64,000 nucleotides of DNA, from positions 29,822,001-29,886,000 of the forward strand of contig OX597829.1 of assembly GCA_951406725.2 (NCBI GenBank), in the 5' to 3' direction. This stretch comes from Octopus vulgaris. Taxonomy: Eukaryota. Numbering within the stretch: the first letter of the stretch is position 1; every line of letters begins with the position of its first letter. Shown here one piece after another: positions 27,126 to 39,669 of this stretch. A program made the translations under genes and the position numbers. The notes under the pieces are model-generated. The model had not been told where the DNA came from. It did not search any database and saw only the letters and a program-made list of their open reading frames with translations.

Positions 27126-29460
27126 TCATCATCATCATCATCATCGTTTAATGTCTGTTTTCCATGTTTGCATGGGCTGGATGGTTCAACTGGGGTCTGG
27201 GAAGCCAGGAGGCTGCACCAGGCTCCAGTCTGACCTGGCAGTGTTTCTACAGCCGGATGCCCTTCCTAACGCCAACCACTCTGAGAGTGTAGTGGGTACT
27301 TTTTACATTCCACTGGCACAGAGGCCAGAGGGGGCTGGCAGTGATCACGAACGGTTGGTGCTTTTTATGTGCCACTGGCACGGAAGCCATTCATAGCAGC
27401 GCTGGCATCAGCCACATTTGGATGGTGCTTTTTACATGCCACTGGTATGGGGATCACACCTACAATTTCCATTTGATTTTGGTTTTGATGTACTTGACTC
27501 AATAGGTCAACCCAAGCATGGCATGTTGCCCTGTGATCCAAGGTACTTTTGAGTGGGCTGATTATGCAACACTGGTGTAGGTTACAGCTGTCAGCTCACT
27601 TTATTTGCCAGGTCTTCTGAGTTACAGCATATCTCCAGAGATCTCAGTCTTTTGTCATTGCCTCTGTGAGGCCCAATCATCCCATGTCTTCCTGGGTCTC
27701 CCTCTACCCAGGATTCCCCCCACTGTTTGGGGGTGGCACTTCTTCACACAGATCTCCTCATCCATCCGTAGTACATGATCATACCAACCCAAACGTCTCT
27801 CTTGCTTGCCACATCCGATGCTTCTTATGTCCAACATTTCTCTCGGGGTGTTTACACTCTGTTGTGTGTGCACACTGACATTACACATCCAGCGGATCAT
27901 GCTAGCTTCATTTCTTTCAAGCCTACGCATGTCTTCAGCAGTCACGGCCCATGTTTCACTGCCTTGAAGCATGGCTGTTTGCACACATGCATCATACAAT
28001 CTATCTTTCACTCTGAGCAAGAGGCCCTTTGTCACAAGTAGGGGTAGGAGCTTTCCGAACTTTGTCCAGGCTATTCTTATTCTAGTGGTAACACTCTCTG
28101 AGCATCCACCCCCACTACAGACTTGGTCACCTAGGTAGCGGAAGCTATCAACTATTTCTAGTTTCTCGCACTGGCATGTGATGGAATCTGTATACTGAGC
28201 ATCTGTGGTGTTTATTGCCCCTGTATGTCTGCCACACATGAATGCTATCTTCTTGGTTAATCTTCCTTTGATGTTGCTGCACCTCTTATATGTCCATAGC
28301 TTACACTGGGTACATCTTATGGAGTTTCTACCTACACATTTTCTACAGATTGAGCAGGGCCACCTACCTAAATGTATGATATGTTCGCCTTCCTACTTGC
28401 TAGAACTTTGGTCTTTGCAACATTGACTCTAAGGCCCTTCAATTCTAAACCTTGCTTCCACACCTGAAATTTCTTTTCTAGTTCTGGTAGTGATTCTGCT
28501 ATGAGGGTCAGGTCATCAGCATAGAGGAGCTCCCAGGCCAACCTGTCTTGAATTCTTCTGTTATTGCTTGGAGGATTATGATGAATAAGAGGGGGTTGAG
28601 AGCTGATCCTTGGTGGACCTCTACTTCTACCCGGAATTCTTCATTATACTCATTGCCAACCCTAACCTTACTAATAGCATCTCTGTATAGGGCCTGTACA
28701 GCCCTTATTAACCGTTTGTCAATCCCCAGTTTTTGCATCACCCACCAGATAAAGGATCGGGGGTCAAAGGCTTTCTCCAAGTCCACAAAAGCGAAATATA
28801 GGTGTTTGGCTAGATATTTCTCCTGCAGTTGCCATACCAGGAATATAGCATCAGTGGTGCTTCTAACTAACACAAAACTGAACTGCATTTCATCTAAGTA
28901 GACTCTCTCCCTAATTAGTTGGGCTTTGACCCTCATCACCTTATCCAGTAGTTTTATACCCCTGTGGTTATTTCTATCTAGAGCATCACCTTTACCCTTG
29001 TAGCAGTTGACTATGGGGCTGCTACGCCAGTCATAGGGTATGATTCCATCAGGAACTACCTGGTTTACAATACGGGTAACTAGACCATAGCCCATACCAC
29101 CAGATGTTTTAAGCATCTCAGTAGTGATTCCTGATAGGCCAGGGGCTTTTCCTGGCTTCATACCCTTAATTGCTTTATCTACCAGGGTGCTGTCTATTCG
29201 GATAGCTGGTCCCTCAACTGGGTCAGCATTTAGCAGGCTCTCCTCCTCCCAATCATGCTCCATGATCAGCAGTCTTTCATAATGGCTTCTCCAAGCCTCT
29301 TTCTTTTCCAAATCATTAAAAGCATGTGCACCATCATCCATGCAGACACATTTCTCTCCTGTGACATCACAAGTTTCTCTCACATACTGTCTTGCAATCC
29401 GAATTACTTCAGTTCCTTGGTCCTCACATTGCTGGACTTTGGCAAACTTCTTTTCTGCAT
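27126..29460 (-). mobile_element. RTE LINE, 5'-truncated, disrupted RT
   Basis: ORFs 28508-29383 (GKAPG, YKGKGD, FVDLEKAFD, HQGS) and 27655-28239 (FRYLG, RGRPRKTW); (CAT)n tail at the left end. Confidence 0.93.
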
Positions 29461-30385
29461 ATCATCATCATCATCATCATCATCATCGTTTAACGTCTGC
29501 TTTCCATGCTAGCATGGGTTGGACGGTTCAACTGGGGTCTGGCAAGCCCGAAGGCTGCACCAGGCCAGTCAGATCTGGCAGTGTTTCTACAGTGGATGCC
29601 CTTCCTAACGCCAACCACTCCGAGAGTGTAGTGGGTGATTTTATGTGCCACCGACACAGGTGCCAGATGAGGCTGGCAGACGGCCACGCTCGGATGGTGT
29701 TTTTTATGTGCCACCGACACAGGTGCCAGACGAGGCTGGCTGACGGCCACGCTCGGATGGTGTTTTCTTATGTGTCACCGACACAGGTGCCAGACGAGGC
29801 TGGCAGATGGCCACGCTCGGATGGTGTTTGTTACGTGCCCTCAGCATGGAGGCCAGTCTATGCGGTACTGGCTACGGTCACGTTCGGATGGTTTTCTTAT
29901 GTGCCACCGGCACTGGTACCACAAGGATACAAATTCCATTGATGTTCATCTATTTTGATTTGGTTCGATTTGATTTGATTTGATTCGATTCTCACTTGCC
30001 TCAACAGGTCTTCACAAGTGTCACAAGAAAGAAGGTATGCACAGGTGGACTGACTACGTCCCAGGTAGGGGCCACAGGTTATGGCTTCACTAGTCTTGCT
30101 GGGTCTTCTCACGCACAGCATACTTCCATAGGTCTCGGTCTCTAGTCATTTCCATGGTGAGACCTAACGTCCGAAGGTCGTGCTTCACCACCTCGTCCCA
30201 GGTTTTCCTGGGTCTACCTCTTCCACGGGTTCCCTCAACTGCTAGGGATTGGCACTTTCTCACACACCTATCTTCATCCATTCTCGCCACATGACCATTT
30301 CAGCGCAATCGTTTCTCTTGCACACCACAACTGATGCTTCTTAGGTACAACATTTCTCTCAAGGTACTAACGCTCTCAAGGTACT
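29461..30385 (-). mobile_element. Young RTE 3' fragment (same subfamily as 33583-36969)
   Basis: RGRGRPRKTWDEVVKHDLRTLGLT...QD* followed by the same 3' UTR modules. Confidence 0.9.
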
Positions 30386-30404
30386 AGGATATATATATAT
30401 ATAT

Positions 30405-30598
30405 CCTATTACTTGTTTCAGTCATTTGACTGTAGCCATGCTGGAGCACCGCCTTTAGTCAAACAAATCAATCCTCAGACTTATTCTTTGTAAGCCTAGT
30501 ACTTATTCCGTCGGTCTCTTTTGCTAAACCGCTAAGTTATAGGGCCATAAACACACCAGCATCAGTTGTCAAGCGATAAATACAGACACACAAACACA

Positions 30599-30650
<52 letters not shown>

Positions 30651-30810
30651 CATACGATGGGCTTCTTTCAGTTTCCATCAACCAAATCCACTCACAAGAC
30701 TTTGGGTGGCCCAAGGCTATAATAGAAGACACGTGCCTAAGGTGCCATGCAGTGGGACTGAACCTGGAACCATGTGGTTGGTAAGCAAGCTACCTACCAC
30801 ACAGCCACTC
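30405..30810 (-). mobile_element. SINE family B
   Basis: Homology to the other copies. Confidence 0.85.
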
Positions 30811-30970
30811 AAAGATGCAAAAACATCACATAAAACTGCTATTCAGAGTTTCATGTTCCTATTCGTTGGGCAGTTGTGATCCTGAATAGATCTATTCTGG
30901 ATCACAACTGCCAGATGAACAGGAATGTGAAACTCTGAGTTGCAGCTTTTTGTGATATTTTTGCAGCTTT
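30811..30970. repeat. Spacerless 80+80 bp inverted repeat carrying a degenerate hammerhead motif in each arm
   Basis: Centre at 30890/30891. Plus arm reads aactgc CAGATGA ac-aggaat-gt GAAA ctctgag TT gcagct (30905-30947). Confidence 0.75.
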
Positions 30971-31050
30971 AATAATAAATCATATTACTCTACCTCCAGT
31001 ATTTGAGTACTATTTTTTCTCACCTTGTTTCACATTTATGTGCTTACTCT

Positions 31051-31123
<73 letters not shown>

Positions 31124-31689
31124 TTGCTATAATGCAAAAGTGTCATAAGTCCAAAATGCTAGTTTTTCAGAAAATGAAAAAGATAGGTTCATCATTCCAT
31201 AGTAAAACCATTTTACTACACTGTGACAATTTTTAGTATCTTGACATCTGAAGCAGCTGGAGATATGATATATATATATAAAATGATGATGATATATGTA
31301 TATATATATATATATATACATATATAATTTCAAGAGAGTTAGAGGTTGTGAATCCAACCAAGGGATAGTATCTAACCAATATACTGCTGGTAATATACTC
31401 AATTATTAATACACAAGTGTTGGTTATTGCATGGTAATTACAGTAATAGATGTAATGAGTGTAATAGATGGCAAGGGTAAAAGTGGCTTACCCTTAATTT
31501 ATACAGCTAGAAGAAAATGGAGGGAATCCACTGTTAGATATTATGTCTATTTATTTATTTTAAACAATAATGAGAATATATATACATATGTAAAGATTGT
31601 GTTTTACATACATAAGTACCAGTAATTTCTAGAATAGAAAAAGAAATTCTAGAAATTACTGTGAGTATTAGTAAATGTATCAATATTTA

Positions 31690-32620
31690 ACAGGTTAATA
31701 TTATGTGAAGAGATAATTTGTAAGAGATTTTTTGTGTTGGAAAAACCAATCCTAACACATCTCAGTTATATAACAGAATTTCTAATCATTACTCTACATT
31801 TAGGGATAGGAATAAACATAACAGTACAGGGCTTGGTAAGTTAATTTGGGATCTAAAAGACCACAATAAACAATTTAATTTAGATTTGTTGATTCTCTCA
31901 ATCTCCATATCTTATGACAAAGACAAGGAATTCTGTCTTCTCTGTAATTCTGAGCTATTTTTTATTCTTTTTTTCTAAAACAACCCTTGTAAACACAGTT
32001 ATAGAGCGTGCATACCGATGTAAACATTAGCAGAAACACACCTTTAGTTCATAAAGTGATATCTATCATTATATATAATTTAAGCACTAATTTTCTTCTT
32101 ACATTTCACAATCACTAGATATATCTTTTTCCAAGTCTATATGGTTTTAGTTAATATACATATCAGTATATACTTCTCATTTAATTCGTTTTTCTTTCCT
32201 CTATCCCTCCTCTTTCTATGGGCTTCCTTTGACGTTTTTTTGAAACAAACTTAAAAGCGTTCAGTTAATCACTATACATATCCATCATTTTCTGTTATAT
32301 ACTGTCTTATTGACGAGTTTCATTTCTTCACTACCCTGAAGAGAAGAAATATCATTGCTTTACACCATTTTATTCCTTTGGAATAATACCAATGATATCT
32401 TCGAAACATGGGTTGGAAGTAAAGGAATTTGAATAACACCTGCGTTTAACTCCATTTATTTATATATATATTATACAAAATATTTCATGTAAACCCGAAA
32501 TTTCTACGTTTAAAAACGAGTTACAACCTTTTCACTTGTGGATTTTTTGCTACCCTGATAACTATTTATATATTTTTTCCGTGTTAATTGTTAACAAGGG
32601 AAAAATACACACATTTATAT
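31690..32620 (+). mobile_element. Penelope-like element 3' end (GIY-YIG endonuclease C-terminus and terminal repeat with hammerhead)
   Basis: RISNHYSTFRDRNKHNSTGLGKLIWDLKD...FCLLCNSE...RCKH relic, followed by the hammerhead motif at 32330-32420. Confidence 0.75.
32330..32420 (+). ncRNA. Degenerate type I hammerhead with long stem II
   Basis: actacc CTGAAGA gaag.atatcattg...caatgatat cttc GAAA catggg TT ggaagt. Confidence 0.65.
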
Positions 32621-32624
32621 ATAT

Positions 32625-32842
32625 ATATGAATTAGAGAAGAACCACCGTGAAGCAATTCAACAATGATATACTTAAATCATACCATACTAAATAATAAAT
32701 AAATATACTATTTATTTATTATTTAGTACTTTATTTAGTTATGGGTAAATGTTTTATTGTATCTTCAATTTTTTTCTATATGGTATGATTTAAGTATATC
32801 AATGTTGAATTGCTTCATGGTGGTTCTTCTCTAATTAATATA
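32625..32842. repeat. Inverted repeat with ~65-bp arms
   Basis: AATTAGAGAAGAACCACCGTGAAGCAATTCAACA...CATACCATA vs TATGGTATG...TGTTGAATTGCTTCATGGTGGTTCTTCTCTAATT. Confidence 0.8.
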
Positions 32843-33582
32843 TACATGTATTATATATTGTGAAATTTGATTTAGTATTACTAAACTGAATTTTTCCCTG
32901 TAAGTTTGGAATCATATTTCCTAATATTATATATATATAATACATCTATGTTCCATGCTGGTATGGTTTACACATATATATATTTTTAAATATATGTGTG
33001 CATGTGTATAAAATTACTGAGGTACCCCCCACCCCCCCTTTCATGCTGATATTTTCAACATTTCACTTTATCTTCTATTTAAAATAACTAATAGCTAAGT
33101 CTACAACAGGAGGTTATTTTGGTAGTCTCTCCTTACTGAAACAGCATATTTTTTATGCATGATGTGTGACAATGTAATGGCAAACTAGCAGGTGTTTGAT
33201 ATGGCTCTCTACATTCTAAGTTTAAGCCCACCAAAGTCAATATCCCTTTCATCTTTCTGGGCCAATAAAATAAATGATCTGTTCATGTGGTAGACTGGCT
33301 TAATCTTTATTTAGAGCATTAGATAAAATAACTTGTGTCACTCGTTTTGTTTCATGCATACACGTGCACACACATATCATCATCATAACTTTTCCAAGGA
33401 TAGCATAGGGTGGATGGGTCATCACAACCTGGATCAGTTCTTATTGTAAGTTACTGTCTCTTTAGACATGTCAAGGGACCATTTATATATATATATATGC
33501 TAACAATAAAATTTTCGATTCTTATGCAGCGTATCATAATGATGTTCTAGCTAGGGCTGGGTACCATTAAAAAACTCAGTAT

Positions 33583-36500
33583 GAAGAATTCCGGGTAGAG
33601 GTTGGGGTCCACCAAGGTTCAGTCCTCAGTCCCCTCCTATTTATCATAGTCCTCCAGGCAATAACGGAGGAATTCAAGACAGGTTGCCCCTGGGAGCTCC
33701 TCTATGCTGATGACCTTGCTCTAATTGCTGAGTCACTATCAGAACTGGAGGAGAAGTTTCAGGTGTGGAAACAAGGATTAGAATCGAAGGGCCTTAGAGT
33801 CAACCTAGCTAAAACCAAAGTCCTAATAAGTAGGAAGGTAGACAAATCACAAACGCCTTCAGGTAGATGGCCCTGCTCGATCTGTAGAAAAGGTGTAGGT
33901 AGAAACTCTATAAGATGCACCAAGTGTAAGCTATGGACACATAAGAGGTGCAGCAATGTCAAAGGAAGGCTAACTAGGAAGATGGTTTTTGTATGTGGCA
34001 GATGCTCGGGAGCATTAACCTCTGAAAATCTGCAGAAACAACTTCCGTCACTTTCCAGGGGGAAAACTAGAAGTAGTTGATAGCTTCCGTTATCTTGGTG
34101 ACCAAGTCAGTAGTGGCGGTGGGTGTGCTGAAAGTGTAATGGCTAGAGTAAGAATAGCCTGGGCAAAGTTTAGAGAGCTCTTACCCCTGCTGGTGACAAA
34201 AGGCCTCTCGCTCAGAGTAAAAGGCAGACTGTATGATGCATGTGTACGTACAGCCATGCTACATGGTAGTGAAACATGGGCCGTGACTGCTGAGGATATG
34301 CGTAAGCTCGCAAGAAATGAAGCCAGTATGCTCCGATGGATGTGTAATGTCAGTGTTCATAATCGTCAGAGTGTAAGTTCCTTGAGAGAAAAGTTGAACC
34401 TAAGAAGCGTCAGTTATGGTGTGCAAGAGAGACGGCTGCGCTGGTATGGTCATGTGACGAGAAAGGCTGAAGATAGTTGTGTGCAAAAGTGCTACACCCT
34501 AGCAGTTGAGGGAACCTGTGGAAGAGGTAGACCCAGGAAAACCTGGGACGAGGTGGTGAAGCACGACCTTCGAACTTTAGGTCTCACTAAGGAAATGTCT
34601 AGAGACCGAGACCTATGGAAGTATGCTGTGCGTGAGAAGACCCGGCAAGACTAGTCAGGCCATAACCCGTGGCCCCTACCTGGGACGTAGTCAGTCCTCC
34701 TGTGCATACCTCCTTCTTGCGACACTTATGAAGACCTGTTGAGGCAAGTGAAAATCAAATCAAAACAAATCAAAATAGATGAACATCTGTGGAATTGTAT
34801 TCTTTGTGGTACCAGTGCCGGTGGCACATAAAGACACCATCCGAAGACCCGGCGACGTAGTCAGTCCACCTGTGCATACCTTCCCTCTTATGACACTTGT
34901 GAAGACCTGTTGAGGCAAGTGTGTGACACTTGTGAAGACCTGTTGAGGCAGAGGCAAGTGTGTGACACTTGTGGAGACCTGTTGAGGCAAGTGTGTGACC
35001 CTTGTGAAAACCTGTTGAGGCAAGTGAAAATCAAAAATCAAATCAAACCAAATCAAAATAGATGAACATCAATGGAATTTGTATCTTTGTGGTTCCAGTA
35101 CCGGTGGCACACAAGAAAACCATCCGAACGTGGCCGTAGCCAGTACCGCATCGACTGGCCTCCGTGCTGTGGGCACAACAAACACCATCTGATCGTGGCC
35201 GTTCGCCAGCCTCATCTGGCACCTGTGTCGGTGGCACATAAAAACACCATCCGAAGACCCGGCGACGTAGTCAGTCCACCTGTGCATACCTTCCCTCTTA
35301 TGACACTTGTGAAGACCTGTTGAGGCAAGTGTGTGACACTTGTGAAGACCTGTTGAGGCAGAGGCAAGTGTGTGACACTTTGTGAAGACCTGTTGAGGCA
35401 GAGGCAAGTGTGTGACACTTGTGGAGACGTGTTGAGGCAAGTGTGTGACACGTGTGACACTTGTGAAGACCTGTTGAGGCAAGTGAAAATCAAACCAAAC
35501 TTGTGAAGACCTGTTGAGGCAAGTGAAAATCAAACCAAATCAAAATAGATGAACATCAATGGAATTTGTATCTTTGTGGTTCCAGTACCAGTGGCACACA
35601 AGAAAACCATCCGATCGTGGCCGTTCGCCAGCCTCATCTGGCACCTGTGTCGGTGGCACATAAAAACACCATCCGAAGACCCGGCGACGTAGTCAGTCCA
35701 CCTGTGCATACCTTCCTACTTATGACACTTGTGAAGACCTGTTGAGGCAAGTGAAAATCAAAATCAAATCAAATCAAATCAAACCAAATCAAAATAGATG
35801 AACATCAATGGAATTTGTATCTTTGTGGTACCAGTACCGGTGGCACACAAGAAAACCATCCGAACGTGGCCGTAGCCAGTACCGCATCGACTGGCCTCTG
35901 TGATGTGGGCACATAACAAACACCATCCGATCGTGGCCGTCCGCCAGCCTCATCTGGCACCTGTGTCGGTGGCACATAAAAACACCAACCGAAGACCCGG
36001 CAAGACTAGTCAGGCCATAACCCATGGCCCCTACTTGGGACGTAGTCAGTCCACCTGTGCATACCTTCCTTCCTTCTTGTGACACTTGTGAAGACCTGTG
36101 AAGACCTGTTGAGGCAAGTGAAAATCAAATCAAATCAAATCAAAATAGATGAACATCAATGGAATTTGTATCTTGTGGTACCAGTGCCGGTGGCACACAA
36201 GAAAACCATCCGAACGTGGCCGTAGCCAGTACCGCATCGACTGGCCTCCGTGCTGTGGGCACGCAACAAACACCATCCGATCGTGGCCGTTCGCCAGCCT
36301 CATCTGGCACCTGTGTCGGTGGCACATAAAAACACCATCCGAAGACCCGGCAAGACTAGTCAGGCCATAACCCGTGGCCCCTACCTGGGACGTAGTCAGT
36401 CCACCTGTGCATACCTTCCTTCTTGTGACACTTGTGAAGACCTGTTGAGGCAAGTGAAAATCAAATCAAATCAAAACAAATCAAAATAGATGAACATCAA

Positions 36501-36969
36501 TGGAATTTGTATCTTTGTGGTACCAGTGCCGGTGGCACACAAGAAAATCATCCGAACGTGGCCGTAGCCAGTACCGCATAGACTGGCCTCCGTGCTTTGG
36601 GGACGTAACAAACACCATCCGATCGTGGCCGTCCGCCAGCCTCATCTGGCACCTGTGTCGGTGGCACATAAAAACACCATCCGAGCGTGGCCGTCTGCCA
36701 GCCTCGTCTGGCCACCTGTGTCGGTGGCACATAAAAACACCATCCGAGCGTGGCCGTTCGCCAACCTCGTCTGGCACCTGTGTCGGTGGCACATAAAATC
36801 ACCCACTACACTCTCGGAGTGGTTGGCGTTAGGAAGGGCATCCAGCTGTAGAAACACTGCCAGATCTGACTGGCCTGGTGCAGCCTTCGGGCTCCCCAGA
36901 CCCCAGTTGAACCGTCCAACCCATGCTAGCATGGAAAACGGACGCTAAATGATGATGATGATGATGATG
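33583..36969 (+). mobile_element. Young 5'-truncated RTE LINE with an expanded 3' UTR
   Basis: GVHQGSVLSPLLF, LLYADD, FRYLG, RGRPRKTW; one frameshift near 34040-34065; stop at 34654; (TGA)n tail. Confidence 0.95.
34635..36800 (+). repeat. Higher-order tandem array made of RTE 3' UTR modules
   Basis: Six copies of AAATAGATGAACATC (about 34772, 35055, 35542, 35791, 36142, 36483), nested ~30-bp TGTGACACTTGTGAAGACCTGTTGAGGCAAGTG units and (AAATC)n. Confidence 0.92.
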
Positions 36970-37559
36970 ATACAAGAAGCAGGCATGAGAAACACTGGTA
37001 ATTCCTACAACTGTGATGCACATCATATTCCACCACAATGTTACCGTTTGAGAACTCACATTTTTGCAGATGCATGTATGAGCAAGCATACTCGCGTCAT
37101 GCAGCATGCCCGAGGGCATTTATACATCCATATGTTAATTTATTTTCAATACTTTTCTCGCTGGATTGAGTGTTTGTTTCTCTTTTTGTCATCTGTGATT
37201 TTATTTTTGATGTTCTATATAAATGAAGATATTTCCTCCGTCTGGCTGTTTTCCTCTCTACAAGACGTAAAGTTACATTGCAGAACAGAGTTGTATTTAT
37301 TTATCACCTGACAAGATACACCTGCACCACTGGATGCTCCTGAACCAGTTGTTGAGTGTTTTACCCATGAGGAATCAATGCTAGATGTGTTGAAACATTT
37401 GTCATAATTAATAATTCTTGTATATTCCATCTTCTGTCTTTCATTTGTTATGTATATATATATATATTTGTACTCTGCAGCAGTGTTAAAACTGACCCTT
37501 CTGGTGGTGTACAGCATATATATGTATATTTATTTATTCACATATATATATATATATAT

Positions 37560-39560
37560 CATCATCATTTAACATCTGTTGTCCATGCTGGCAAACTGGA
37601 GAGCTGTGTCAGACTCCTGTCTGATTTGGCATGGTTTATATGGCTGGATTTCCTTCCTAATGCCAACCATTTTAGAGTCTGCTGCACAAACACTTTTATG
37701 TGGAACCGCCACAAGCGCTGTACACCACCAGAAGGGTCGGTCTTAACACTTCTGCAGCAGAGTACAGCCAGGTGCTAGGTATCTCAGTCCTTTGTCATCT
37801 TGCCTGAATGATTCAACATCCTGAGGTTGTTCTTCAGTACTTCATCTCATGTCTTCCTGGGTCTCTCACTTCCATCTTCTTTGGGAAATTGGCACTTGTT
37901 TATGAAGCTGTCGGCATCTATCTGCATCACATGACTAAACCAGCAGTCTTCTCTCTCGCAATCATCATCTAATTCCTCCTGTGCCTCTCAAAGCACTGGC
38001 ACTGTTGATTATGTACACTTACATTACACATCCAGCGGAGCATACTCGCCTCATTCCATTCTAACCTTCGCTTGTCCTCTGCATTCAGGGTCCACATCTC
38101 ACTACCATATAGTCTTTCAATATCAAACCAGTTGAGGGACCAGCCATCAGTGTAGTAGATAAGGTAATTAAGAATATGATGACTGGGCAAGCCCCTGGAC
38201 CATCAGGAATCACAGATTATTAAAATATCAGGTAGTGTGGGATACAGCTTTGTGACTCACATAGTTAACCAGGTTATTCAGGAAGGCGTCATCCCCAAAG
38301 ATGGGTGTAGTAGTATTATAGTTAGCTGCTACAAGGGTAAACATGATACCTTAGAAACAACTAGAGGTATTGAACTGCTGGACCAGGTCTAAGAGTTATA
38401 TCTCAACTGATTAGGGATAGAATTAAACTAGATGAGATGCTGTTTGGTTTTGTTCCAGGGAGAAGTATCACAGATTGCCATCTTCCTAGTGAGACGGTTG
38501 CAAGAAAGTATTTGGCCAAAAGTAAACCATTGTACTTAGCCTTCATTGACCTGGAGAAAGCTTTCGACAGGGTTCCCTGCTGTCTTATTTAGTGGTCTAT
38601 AAGGAAACTAAAAATGGCTTGTTAGACCCATTCAAGCCATGTACAGCAATGCTGTAAGGTGAGAGTTAGCCTTGAATATAGTGATGAATTTTATGTACAT
38701 GTTGGGAGTTTAGTCCACTCTTGTTCATTATAGTCCTCCAGGCCATAGCATGATTTCAAAACTGGATGCCCACAGGAATTGCTATATGCTGATGACATTG
38801 CTCTTATTGCAGAATTGGAGAATTTCTAGGTTTGGAAGCAAAACCTGGAACCAAAGGGCCTTAAAGTTAACTTAGCAAAGACTTAAGTTGCTGTTGTAAG
38901 CAAGAAAGCAGATTAAGACTCTTTTACATCAGGTAAATGGCCCTGCTCAATATGTAAATTCCATTTGCTGCACCAAGTTTAAGCTATGGACACATGAGGC
39001 ATGCAGTGGAATCACAGGTAGGTTGAGATAAGGTCGCTTTTGTGTGAACAAAAAGTACTAAGAGAATGAGGGACTTAGACTCTCTTGAGGTATAGATAGT
39101 TCCTGTTATTCAGGTGACCAAACTAGCAACGGTGGTGGATGCTCTGAAAGTATTGTTTCTAGAATAAGAACAGGGTGGAAGTTAAGAGAGCTACTACCTC
39201 TGTTGGACTGAGTGTGAAAATGGCTATATTACATGAAGTGAAATATGGGCTCTGACTGCAGAGGTATGAAGGCTCCACAGGATTTGGAACAGTGTGCATG
39301 ACCAACAAAGCAAAACTGTGTTGAGAGAAAAGTTAGGCATAAGAGGGATTAAATGTGGCATGTAAGGGAGGAGAATGCATTGGTTTGGACATATGATGCA
39401 TATGAGCAAAGGCAACTGTGTAAACATGTGCCCATCACTGAAAGTGGATGGTACCCGTGGAAAAGGAAGACATGGGATGAAGTAGTGAGGATGGATCTTA
39501 GTGCTCATGGAGAAAATGACAATGGACCAAGATGTTTGAATTATGAGGTTCTAAGGATCC
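37560..39560. mobile_element. Older RTE fragments: 3' end on minus (37560-38115) and a decayed RT-to-ORF-end segment on plus (38120-39560)
   Basis: LYGSEMWTLNAEDKRRLE on minus; GKAPGPSG, FIDLEKAFDRVP and LLYADD relics on plus. Confidence 0.8.
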
Positions 39561-39669
39561 ACCTACGTCAGAAGTGTTGTGTACCCCACGTAAACCAACT
39601 TCTCACACACCCTACATCTTTTTCCTTCCTCATCATAAACTGTCTTCCAGTCCCCTTATTTCTTTATTA

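Noticed and set aside
34870-35030. Hammerhead in the 30-bp RTE subunit (TGAAGA-CCT..AGG)
   Set aside because: Lacks C3 and a GAAA directly after stem II; no stem III or cleavage triplet
34760-36948. Repeat array resembling CRISPR, and many 'CHRHRCQ' ORFs
   Set aside because: Eukaryotic LINE 3' UTR repeats with no unique spacers and no cas genes; the ORFs are incidental
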